Assembly: GCA_017546025.1 (NCBI GenBank)
Contig: JAFYYS010000035.1
Span: 27,809-91,808, forward strand
DNA length: 64,000 nucleotides
DNA from: Lachnospiraceae bacterium
GTDB taxonomy: Bacteria > Bacillota > Clostridia > Lachnospirales > Lachnospiraceae
Direction of reading: 5' to 3'
A program made the translations under genes and the position numbers. Below are positions 38,651-47,094 of this stretch, in pieces. The notes below the pieces were generated by a model. The model was not told where the DNA came from, did not search any database, and saw nothing but the letters and a program-made list of their open reading frames with translations. Each line of letters begins with the position of its first letter. Within the stretch, counting starts at the first letter, position 1.

Positions 38651-39322
38651 ATGGATTTTAAGCGTTTGGTGCTCTTTGCGGGGCATTACGGCAGCGGAAA
38701 AACAAATATTGCGGTCAATGTGGCAATCGACCTTAAAAAAGAGGGGAAGAATGTTGTCATTGCGGACCTCGATATCGTGAATCCGTATTACCGGACGAAG
38801 GACAGCGAGCAGGAGCTTGAGGCGGCGGGAATTCCGCTGATCAGTTCCGAATACGCGAATTCGAACGTCGATGTACCGGCACTTCCGCAGGCCCTTTATT
38901 CCCTGGTCGATCAGAAGGACCGTTACGGGATCATGGATATCGGCGGCGACGACCGCGGCGCTTTGGCGCTCGGGCGGTATGCTCCGGCAATCCTTGAGGA
39001 GAACAACTACGAAATGCTCCTCGTCATCAACAAGTATCGTCCGCTGACTCCGGATGCGGCAAGCACCCTGGAGGTCATGCGTGAGATAGAAATCGCGGGC
39101 GGGATTCCGTTCACCGGGATTGTGAACAACTCAAATCTCGGAAGGGAGACGACCGCGGAGGATGTCATCAAAACCCACGCCTACGCCATGGAAATGGCTG
39201 AGGACACGGGGCTGCCGCTTCGGATGACGACCGTTAAGGAAGACATCGCGGAAGAGGTGGCGAAAGTAATTCCGAATGTCGTACCGCTAAGGTTACAGAA
39301 CAAACGGCTTTGGAATGACTGA
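38651..39322 (+). CDS. P-loop NTPase, MinD/CooC-like (SIMIBI class)
   Basis: Walker A FAGHYGSGKTN at residues 9-19, VIADLD switch-like motif, MDIGGDD Walker B-like motif. Confidence 0.6.
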   Translation: MDFKRLVLFAGHYGSGKTNIAVNVAIDLKKEGKNVVIADLDIVNPYYRTKDSEQELEAAGIPLISSEYANSNVDVPALPQALYSLVDQKDRYGIMDIGGDDRGALALGRYAPAILEENNYEMLLVINKYRPLTPDAASTLEVMREIEIAGGIPFTGIVNNSNLGRETTAEDVIKTHAYAMEMAEDTGLPLRMTTVKEDIAEEVAKVIPNVVPLRLQNKRLWND

Positions 39323-39383
39323 GACGTACATGCATGGCATTTTCCATTACGGAAGATGTGATTTAAGTTACAGGAGGTAAGAA

Positions 39384-39593
39384 ATGAACAAAGTAACGTT
39401 CAACACGGACCTTTGTAAGGGCTGCGGCCTCTGCGTGGCAGCCTGCCCGAAGAAGATTCTTCGGATGTCGGAGACGGTCATCAATGCGAAGGGCCATCAT
39501 CCGGCGGAAATGACCGACCAGTCCCAGTGTATCGCGTGTGCATTCTGCGCAACGATGTGCCCGGATTGCGTAATTACGGTGGAAAGGGGTTAA
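39384..39593 (+). CDS. 2-oxoacid:ferredoxin oxidoreductase delta subunit (2x[4Fe-4S] ferredoxin)
   Basis: 69 aa with CKGCGLCVAACP and CIACAFCATMCP cluster motifs. Confidence 0.9.
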   Translation: MNKVTFNTDLCKGCGLCVAACPKKILRMSETVINAKGHHPAEMTDQSQCIACAFCATMCPDCVITVERG

Positions 39594-39597
39594 GAGC

Positions 39598-40665
39598 ATG
39601 GCAGATAAAGTATTGATGAAGGGCAATGAAGCCATTGCCGAAGCCGCCATTATGGCCGGCTGCCGATTCTATTTCGGCTATCCGATTACGCCCCAGACCG
39701 AGGTTGCCGCATACATGGCAAAGCGTATGCCCAAGATCGGCGGAACCTTCCTTCAGGCAGAGAGCGAAATTGCAGCAATTAACATGTGTATCGGTGTTGC
39801 TTCTACCGGTAAGAGAGTTATGACGAGCTCCTCAAGCCCCGGAATCTCCCTTAAGGAAGAGGGCATCAGCTACATGGCAGGATGCGACCTTCCGGCGCTG
39901 ATTGTTAACGTTGAGCGTGGCGGCCCGGGTCTCGGCGGCATTCAGCCTTCCCAGTCCGACTATTTCCAGGCTACCAGAGGCGGCGGACACGGTGACTATC
40001 ACCTCTTCGTTGTTGCTCCGGCAAGCGTACAGGAGATGGTAAGCCTTACCGCTCATGCATTTAACGTAGCTGAAAAGTACCGCGTTCCCGCGATGCTTCT
40101 TGCCGACGGTACGCTCGGTCAGATGATGGAGCCTGTTTCGATTGAAGGCATCACCGTTGAGGACCATGACAAGTCCTGGGCTCTCACCGGAACGGACTGC
40201 AAGAGAAAGCACAACATCATCAACTCCCTGTCCCTGCTTCCCGAGGAACTCGAGCAGTGGAACCTGGAGCGTTATAAGAGATACGAGAAGATCGAAGAGA
40301 ACGAGCCCATGTGGGAAGAGTACATGACCGAGGACGCAGACATCTGTGTTGTTGCATTCGGTATCGCATCCCGCGTAAGCCGTAACGCCATCAAGGCTGC
40401 ACGTGCACAGGGCATCAAGGTCGGCATGATCCGTCCGATTACCCTTTGGCCGTTCCCGAAGAAGCCTCTTGCCGCTATCGCTGACAAGGTTAAGGCTTTC
40501 GTAACCGTTGAGCTTAACATGGGCCAGATGGTTGAGGACGTTGAGCTTGCAACCCGCTGCAAGAAGCCGGTTCTCATGGCGAACCGCGTAGGCGGCTGCA
40601 TCCCGACTCCCGAGCAGGTACTTGCTCAGATTGTCGAAGCCAATAAGTTAGGAGGTGCACAGTAA
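39598..40665 (+). CDS. 2-oxoacid:ferredoxin oxidoreductase alpha subunit (VorB/KorA-type)
   Basis: MKGNEAIAEAAIMAGCRFYFGYPITPQTE... is the typical OFOR alpha N-terminus. 355 aa. Confidence 0.9.
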   Translation: MADKVLMKGNEAIAEAAIMAGCRFYFGYPITPQTEVAAYMAKRMPKIGGTFLQAESEIAAINMCIGVASTGKRVMTSSSSPGISLKEEGISYMAGCDLPALIVNVERGGPGLGGIQPSQSDYFQATRGGGHGDYHLFVVAPASVQEMVSLTAHAFNVAEKYRVPAMLLADGTLGQMMEPVSIEGITVEDHDKSWALTGTDCKRKHNIINSLSLLPEELEQWNLERYKRYEKIEENEPMWEEYMTEDADICVVAFGIASRVSRNAIKAARAQGIKVGMIRPITLWPFPKKPLAAIADKVKAFVTVELNMGQMVEDVELATRCKKPVLMANRVGGCIPTPEQVLAQIVEANKLGGAQ

Positions 40666-41417
40666 TGGGTGAGATTGTATTTCAGAAACCGAAGTCACTG
40701 TGTGACGTTCCGCTTCATTATTGCCCCGGCTGCACGCACGGTATCGTGCACCGTCTCGTTGCGGAAGCAATCGACGAGCTCGGCATTGAGGGCAAGACCA
40801 TCGGCGTAGCCAGCGTAGGCTGCTCCGTATTTACCTACAACTATTTCGAGTGTGATATGGTTCAGGCCGCACACGGACGTGCTCCGGCTGTTGCTACCGG
40901 CGTGAAGAGAAGCGATCCTTCTAAGATTGTTTTCACGTACCAGGGCGACGGCGACCTTGCTTCCATCGGTACTGCTGAGACCGTTCATTCGGCTGCACGT
41001 AACGAGAACATCACCATCATCTTCATCAACAACGCCATTTACGGCATGACCGGCGGTCAGATGGCTCCTACCTCCCTTCCGGGGCAGGTAACCCAGACTT
41101 CTCCTTACGGCCGTGACGTTAACACCGTAGGTTATCCGGTACGCATCTGCGAGATGCTTTCGCAGCTCGAGGGTCCGACGTATCTGGAGCGTGTTGCCGT
41201 GAACAACGTAAAGAACGTTAAGGCAGCCAAGAAGGCCATCAAGAAGGCTTTCGAGAACCAGGTAGAAGGCAAGGGCTTCTCCCTCATCGAAGTTGTTTCC
41301 ACCTGCCCGACCAACTGGGGCAAGACGCCTGAGAAGGCTATGGAGTGGCTCGAGGAGAACATGCTTCCTTACTATCCGCTCGGCGTTTACAAAGACAAGA
41401 CGAAGGAGGAGAAGTAA
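40665..41417 (+). CDS. 2-oxoacid:ferredoxin oxidoreductase beta subunit (TPP-binding)
   Basis: YCPGCTHGI and GDGDLASIG TPP motif, then NNAIYGMTGGQ. The start overlaps the alpha stop. Confidence 0.9.
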   Translation: MGEIVFQKPKSLCDVPLHYCPGCTHGIVHRLVAEAIDELGIEGKTIGVASVGCSVFTYNYFECDMVQAAHGRAPAVATGVKRSDPSKIVFTYQGDGDLASIGTAETVHSAARNENITIIFINNAIYGMTGGQMAPTSLPGQVTQTSPYGRDVNTVGYPVRICEMLSQLEGPTYLERVAVNNVKNVKAAKKAIKKAFENQVEGKGFSLIEVVSTCPTNWGKTPEKAMEWLEENMLPYYPLGVYKDKTKEEK

Positions 41418-41418
41418 A

Positions 41419-41958
41419 ATGGCACAGACCGGTATGCTTTTTGCAGGTTTCGGCGGACAGGGCATTCTGTTCTCCGGCAAATTCTGCGCTTACGACGGCT
41501 TGATTTCCGATAAGCAGGTCAGCTGGCTTCCTTCCTACGGCCCTGAGATGCGCGGAGGTACCGCAAGCTGCAGCGTTGTATTCAGCGATGAAATCATCGG
41601 CTCCCCGATTGTTACGAACCCTGATATCCTCGTTGTCATGAACCTTCCTTCCCTTGACAAATACGAAGCTTCTGTCGTTCCCGGAGGTAAGATTTTCTAT
41701 GATTCGACCCTCATCGGACGCAAGGTTGCAAGAACCGACGTAACGGCTTATGCCGTTCCCGCCACGAAGCTTGCTGCCGACAACGGAATGCCTACGCTTG
41801 CCAACATGATTCTCGTAGGTAAGATGATCAAGGAAACCGGCATCATCTCGACCGAGAACATCGACAAGATCATTGACAAGATTGTAAGTGCCCGCCATCA
41901 GGACCTCAAGGAACTGAACGCTAAGGCAATCAAGATGGGATTTGACTACGCTGAGTAG
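41419..41958 (+). CDS. 2-oxoacid:ferredoxin oxidoreductase gamma subunit
   Basis: [16 protein letters not shown] and [11 protein letters not shown] motifs. ATG 41419 follows GGAGGAG. Confidence 0.9.
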   Translation: MAQTGMLFAGFGGQGILFSGKFCAYDGLISDKQVSWLPSYGPEMRGGTASCSVVFSDEIIGSPIVTNPDILVVMNLPSLDKYEASVVPGGKIFYDSTLIGRKVARTDVTAYAVPATKLAADNGMPTLANMILVGKMIKETGIISTENIDKIIDKIVSARHQDLKELNAKAIKMGFDYAE

Positions 41959-41978
41959 TTTTTACCGACAGAAAAAAA

Positions 41979-42010
41979 CCGCACAACCGGTAACGGCTGT
42001 GCGGTTTTTT
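41979..42010. terminator. Bidirectional terminator shared by the oxidoreductase operon and the convergent BI-1 gene
   Basis: CCGCACA / TGTGCGG stem with AAAAAAA upstream and TTTTTT downstream. Confidence 0.8.
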
Positions 42011-42028
42011 ATGTTATGTAAGCTGAGC

Positions 42029-42739
42029 TCAGTTATTCCAGCGATAGGATTCGATATACATGCTGAACAGCACAATCGGAACCCTGATGATGAAAAATGC
42101 GACGTCCAAATAGATGTCGACAGCACAGTCGACGGCGTGCTTCACCGTTTTGGAGAATACCTGCGAATGCGCCATGTCATAGAGGAAGCAGAAGCAGATG
42201 AAGATTGCCGCGAACCATGCCCAGATGCTTGTATCCCTGCTGACCAGCGCAACAATCGTGATGGCAGCAGCCAGTCCGATGCCGCCGATACCGGAAAGCG
42301 TGAGAAGATTATCGCACTGCTCCGGACGTAAGGTTGCGAACAGGGTTACCGCTGCCGTCACGCATGTGACAATGATGACGGTCTGCAAAGCGACCTCCGC
42401 GCCGGACTTTACGGAGAAGAGGTCAATGACGGAAGCGGCAATGATTCCGATCGGAGCCACAATCATATAATAGGCAATGCAGACAACAACCGTATTCGGG
42501 ACCTCGGTCGCGAGAACGACACCCGAGAGCCAGACTGCAATGTAGATGAAAATCAGGACGATCGGGTTCAGGTCCTTCGTGTAATCGTGCGCGAGGACAA
42601 GCAGAACCCAGTTGATGATTAATCCGATGACCACGATGCCGCCCTGAATCAGGTTGAAGGTCCCGGCAGAAACATCTTTTGCGAATACCGAATAATCGTT
42701 CAGTCTTTCCTGCTTTCTTCCCGTCTCAAAAAGTTTCAT
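42029..42739 (-). CDS. BAX inhibitor-1/YccA-family membrane protein
   Basis: About 7 TM helices and a C-terminal VDCAVDIYLDVAFFIIRV motif typical of BI-1/YccA. ATG 42739 follows GGGGGTG. Confidence 0.8.
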   Translation of the reverse strand: MKLFETGRKQERLNDYSVFAKDVSAGTFNLIQGGIVVIGLIINWVLLVLAHDYTKDLNPIVLIFIYIAVWLSGVVLATEVPNTVVVCIAYYMIVAPIGIIAASVIDLFSVKSGAEVALQTVIIVTCVTAAVTLFATLRPEQCDNLLTLSGIGGIGLAAAITIVALVSRDTSIWAWFAAIFICFCFLYDMAHSQVFSKTVKHAVDCAVDIYLDVAFFIIRVPIVLFSMYIESYRWNN

Positions 42740-42975
42740 TTCATCACCCCCTGACGATATGTTACCATAGCATTTTCCTAAGGTCAATCAGGGGAGGGCA
42801 GTACTGTGTGGATTGTTAAGAGAATGTTAAATCAACGGTAAATGAGATTGACACAGGCGGGGCGTTGTGGTAATATCTCTTTCAAGCACAGAGACAACAT
42901 ATCGATATGAACGGCAGCGGTTAATGCCCTGCCGAAACGGTGCAGCGTGGTTCCTGCGGAAAGGAGCAATGAAAC

Positions 42976-43662
42976 ATGTCAAGCTTTGCAGCAAACAGAA
43001 GAGAAGAGAGATTAAACGCAGTTTACAGCGTTTCGGAACTGATCACAGAGCAGAAATACAACATTGTATTATGCGGCGCAGTTTTGTGGGGATTAATTAT
43101 CAATTTCATTTTATGTATCACGGTCGGTAATGTTTACGAATATATCAATCCGATCCCGTTCTTCATCGGGTATTTCGTATTGGTAATTGCCGGAAGCCTT
43201 ATCGCATCGAAATCGGACAATGCCATGGTTTCCTTCATCGGATACAACATGATTGTACTTCCGATCGGACTGGTTGTCTCGACCGTCGTGGAGCTTTACG
43301 GCGGTGTGCAGTCGACCGTCGTGGCCGAGGCCTTCCTGATTACGATGTGCGTGACCGCAGTGATGGCGCTGTTCGCCGTCACGAAGCCCGATCTTGTGGC
43401 AACGATCGGCGGGATACTGTTTCCGTGCCTGATCGGTCTGATTGTCGCGGAAGTGGTCGTGCTGCTGCTCGGCTATAATAACAACATATTCTCCTGGATC
43501 GGAGCGGCGCTGTTCAGCCTTTATATCGCTTATGATATTTACCGCTCGCAGCAGTTCACCAAGACGGTGGACAATGCCGTGGACTGTGCGGTGGACATCT
43601 ACCTCGACATCACCAACCTCTTCCTGAGAATCCTGAGAATTGTTGCAAACAGCGACGACTGA
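42976..43662 (+). CDS. BAX inhibitor-1/YccA-family membrane protein (divergent paralog)
   Basis: Same architecture, with a C-terminal VDCAVDIYLDITNLFLRILRI motif. Confidence 0.85.
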   Translation: MSSFAANRREERLNAVYSVSELITEQKYNIVLCGAVLWGLIINFILCITVGNVYEYINPIPFFIGYFVLVIAGSLIASKSDNAMVSFIGYNMIVLPIGLVVSTVVELYGGVQSTVVAEAFLITMCVTAVMALFAVTKPDLVATIGGILFPCLIGLIVAEVVVLLLGYNNNIFSWIGAALFSLYIAYDIYRSQQFTKTVDNAVDCAVDIYLDITNLFLRILRIVANSDD

Positions 43663-43761
43663 GCTAATATTCCGGGGCGCACCCGTTTGAAAAAGCCTGT
43701 GGGAGATTTTCTTCCGCAGGCTTTGTTATTTGCAGGGGGAAAATACCACGACCCGCAGTTT

Positions 43762-43906
43762 TTTGAAAGGAAAGCAAGTATCGCTCCGTTACTGTTTTTT
43801 TATATTCCGCATGCTGTCTCCGGCACGCCGTTTCTTGAAAAGAAAGCAAGCATCGCTCCGTCACTGCTATTATTTCCATATTTCCCTTACTGTCTCCGGC
43901 ACGACG
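43762..43906. repeat. Two-copy degenerate tandem repeat (~73-76 nt unit), non-coding
   Basis: TTGAAAGGAAAGCAAGTATCGCTCCGTTACTG...CTGTCTCCGGCACG repeats as TTGAAAAGAAAGCAAGCATCGCTCCGTCACTG...CTGTCTCCGGCACG. Confidence 0.85.
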
Positions 43907-44033
43907 GTCAGTATAATAAAACACGCAGCCGCGCCCGGAACGGTTGCGGGAAAGGATTTTCCTCCTTTCCGCAACCGTTACCGTCGGCAGGCTGCGTTTG
44001 TTGTTACCTAACCCCGTCGTGCCGCCATCCGCC

Positions 44034-45737
44034 CTAAGCGAAATAAGCGAAAACCAGCACAGTGATGGAGTTCCAGTAAATTGCGATTTCGTTGGTCGAG
44101 AACGCCCCTACGTCGTCCAGGTAGCACCGCATCGGCGGAGCACCCTCGGGAATGACGGCACGAGCCGGTTCGTCCATAGGGTGTGCGTTCGGTCCTCCGG
44201 AAACAAGGCCCGGGAACGGATCGTCCACACCGTCGCTTGCAGTCGGACGGTTGTGCGGGTTGCGGAACGCATTCGCACCGTGCCCGGTGACGTAGCTTGT
44301 GTCAAGCGGGTTGCGCCCGAGAAGATAGTGCACATTTTCCTCGGCGGCAGCAGCGTAAGCGGCGTTTCCGGTCAGGAAGGAGGCCGTCAGAAGCGTTGCG
44401 GCGCAGTTCATGACATTCATGTTGCTGCCCCAGACAAAGCCGTCGCGCGGCATCGCCAGGCGGTAGCCGTTCTGGCCCATGACGGCGAGAAGGCTGTCGG
44501 CTTTTTCACGGAAGGCTTCATAGAAGACGGTAACCAGTTCGTCCGGGAACGTGTCCGCGGGAGCGAAGACAACGCTCATGCCGGCAAGGCCGCCGACCTG
44601 TCCCCAGCCGAGGACGGTCTTATCAACGCTCTGCGGAAGGTTGAGCTTCTTAAAGAACGGGCTCGCTAAAAGCTCCGGAGGATACTTCGGCGGGTTGTTG
44701 TCGCCGGCGAGTGTCTGTAGCATCTTCAGATCCTCTGCGTCACCCGTCAGGCGGTAGAGCTCGGCATACATCCACATGCGCTCGTCCCTGTCATCCCAGT
44801 CCCAGTAGCCGCCGGTCGCGTTGCCGGGCGGGTTGCGGAATCCGATCAGGTCCGGATGGTCGGCAAGGAAGGCACGTGCCGCAAGCGCGGCTTTCTTCAT
44901 CTTTGTGGCAAATGCGACGTCGTACCGCTCGTAAATCCGTGCGCCGAGAGCGGCAATCGCGCCGAGGTCGGCAGTCGCCATCGAGGAAATCGGGTACAGT
45001 ACCATCTGCTCCCGGTCGTCCTCAGGCATGATGAAGGGTGCGAACTTCTCAGTGGTCAGTTTGTGATAGGCGCTTCCGTCTTCCTTCTGCATCTTAAGAA
45101 GCCACTCGAGTTCGTAGCGGCACTCGTTCAGAATGTCGGGCACGCCGTTTCCGCTTTCGGGAATGTTCAGCTCGGGGCACTTCTGGGAGTAGAGCTCATA
45201 AGCATACAGAAGATGAGCAGCGGCAACCGCGCCGGGCGTCGTGTAGCGTCCGTAGTCGCCGGCGTCATGCCAGCCGCCTGTCATCGGCGGAAGAACGGCA
45301 CCGTCATCGTAACGAAGCGTCGAGCCGTCGTGGCAGCACTTGTGATGATATGCTCCGGCATACTTCTCCGGCAGCTCACAGCCGCAGCGCATGAAATAAA
45401 ACATACGAATCAGGTCTTTGAAGACCTCCTGATAGACGGCAGACGAGATGGAGAACGTCTCGGAGCGAACCGGTGATTCGGCTTCCCCGCCGGGCCGGCT
45501 ACAGTCGTAGTATTCGATAAAATAACGGCCTTCCGTTTTGACATCGCTGAAATCGACCGTATAGACGGCATCTCCGGAGTAGGAATCGTCACCAAAGGCG
45601 GAAATGCTTAATTCTACTGATGTAGTACCATCCTCGCTTTTCAGGTAAGCCCAGCCCTTGGGTTCGGTATCTGACGTGAGAACCGCACATTTTTCACTGT
45701 CCGGACGATACCCGAGCTGGTCAACATGAATCTTCAT
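44034..45737 (-). CDS. Glycoside hydrolase family 9 with an N-terminal Ig-like (CelD_N) domain, no signal peptide
   Basis: MKIHVDQLGYRPDSEK N-domain. GGWHDAGDYGRY, HRPTASDG-like and GGPN blocks are typical of GH9. Confidence 0.88.
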   Translation of the reverse strand: MKIHVDQLGYRPDSEKCAVLTSDTEPKGWAYLKSEDGTTSVELSISAFGDDSYSGDAVYTVDFSDVKTEGRYFIEYYDCSRPGGEAESPVRSETFSISSAVYQEVFKDLIRMFYFMRCGCELPEKYAGAYHHKCCHDGSTLRYDDGAVLPPMTGGWHDAGDYGRYTTPGAVAAAHLLYAYELYSQKCPELNIPESGNGVPDILNECRYELEWLLKMQKEDGSAYHKLTTEKFAPFIMPEDDREQMVLYPISSMATADLGAIAALGARIYERYDVAFATKMKKAALAARAFLADHPDLIGFRNPPGNATGGYWDWDDRDERMWMYAELYRLTGDAEDLKMLQTLAGDNNPPKYPPELLASPFFKKLNLPQSVDKTVLGWGQVGGLAGMSVVFAPADTFPDELVTVFYEAFREKADSLLAVMGQNGYRLAMPRDGFVWGSNMNVMNCAATLLTASFLTGNAAYAAAAEENVHYLLGRNPLDTSYVTGHGANAFRNPHNRPTASDGVDDPFPGLVSGGPNAHPMDEPARAVIPEGAPPMRCYLDDVGAFSTNEIAIYWNSITVLVFAYFA

Positions 45738-45886
45738 AGGTAAACCCCCTTTTTGTTACTTGCCATGAGTATAGCATGCCTGCCGCACCCGTAACATAGA
45801 TTATATTAGCATTTTTGGATGATTTTCAACTGATTTATGGTTTTTCTTGGGGTATATTTTGAAAGCTCCGCGGAGGCGCCGGTTTC

Positions 45887-45915
45887 TTGACACCCCGTAA
45901 GGAAGATGCTATAAT
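45887..45915 (+). promoter_or_regulatory. Sigma-A promoter (TTGACA-17 nt-TATAAT with a TG extension)
   Basis: TTGACA at 45887-45892 and TGcTATAAT at 45907-45915. Confidence 0.7.
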
Positions 45916-45968
45916 CGGCTCGCTGCCTGTGGGAGCGGCATAAACACATCATTCAGGAGGTTTCGGAC

Positions 45969-46925
45969 ATGAAGAAAGCATTTGCCCTTGTTCTTACGCT
46001 TGTTCTCGCGATCGGACTGCTTTCTGCGTGCGGAACCGGAAAGAATTCGGATAAGCTGCAGATTGTGACAACCGTTTTCCCGGAGTATGACTGGGTGAAG
46101 AACGTGCTCGGCGACCGCGCTTCGTCGGCGGAGATTACGCTTTTATGTGACAACGGCGTTGACATGCACAGCTACCAGCCGACTGCCGAGGATGTCATGA
46201 AGATTTCGACCTGCGACCTGTTCATCTATGTCGGCGGCGAGTCCGACGCCTGGGTGAAGAAGGCGCTTGAGAATCCGAAGAATAAAAAACGCGTGGTCAT
46301 CAATCTGATGGAAGTCCTCGGGGAAAATGCCAAGCAGGAGGAAACTGTCGAAGGCATGGAGAACGAAGACGGTGAAGAGGATGAGGCGGAGTATGACGAG
46401 CATGTGTGGCTTTCTTTCGGGAACGCCGTCACATTTTCCGACAGGATTGCTGCGGAGCTCGGTAAGCTTGATCCGGACCATGCGCAGGAATACAGAGACA
46501 ACGCGAAACAATATGCAGAGAAGCTTGGTGCATTGAAGGCGGAATATCAGAAGGCCGTTGACGCTTCCGCTAAGAAGACGCTTCTGCTTGCGGACCGGTT
46601 CCCGTTCCGCTATCTGGTGGACGAATTCGGGCTTTCCTATTACGCGGCGTTTAAGGGCTGCTCGGCGGAGACCGAGGCTTCGTTTGAAACGGTAATCTTT
46701 CTTGCCGGAAAAGCAGACGAGCTCGGGCTTAACACCGTTCTCACGATTGACGGCGGGAGCCGGAAGATAGCGGAGGCCGTCATCTCGAATACAAAGGATA
46801 AGAACCGGCAGATTCTTTCGCTCAATTCCATGCAGTCCGTTACCAAAAAGGACATTGAGGCCGGAACCACGTATCTTTCCGTCATGACCGACAACCTGGA
46901 GGTTTTGAAGCAGGCACTCCGATAG
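45969..46925 (+). CDS. Metal (Zn/Mn) ABC-transporter substrate-binding lipoprotein, ZnuA/TroA-like
   Basis: Lipobox LLSACG, H..YQPT metal-ligand context, an acidic loop ENEDGEEDEAEYDEHVW, and the FKGCSAETE block. Confidence 0.85.
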   Translation: MKKAFALVLTLVLAIGLLSACGTGKNSDKLQIVTTVFPEYDWVKNVLGDRASSAEITLLCDNGVDMHSYQPTAEDVMKISTCDLFIYVGGESDAWVKKALENPKNKKRVVINLMEVLGENAKQEETVEGMENEDGEEDEAEYDEHVWLSFGNAVTFSDRIAAELGKLDPDHAQEYRDNAKQYAEKLGALKAEYQKAVDASAKKTLLLADRFPFRYLVDEFGLSYYAAFKGCSAETEASFETVIFLAGKADELGLNTVLTIDGGSRKIAEAVISNTKDKNRQILSLNSMQSVTKKDIEAGTTYLSVMTDNLEVLKQALR

Positions 46926-47094
46926 ACGCGTAATTCAAATTATTATGGAAAATGTGAACTCCTTTGACCGAAGTTCGGTCAAGGGAGTTTTTTTCGAAAA
47001 CGGGTCTTTTTTTGCGATTATTATGGAATTAAAGGGCGGGATGTGGTACAATAACATATAATACTATTTCCATACCCTTTTGGAGGCATGTCGG

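Noticed and set aside
43762-43906. CRISPR array interpretation of the tandem repeats here and at 59762-59920.
   Set aside because: There are only 2-3 degenerate copies. Unit lengths (53-76 nt) and the lack of unique spacers do not fit repeat-spacer architecture, and there are no cas genes in the window.
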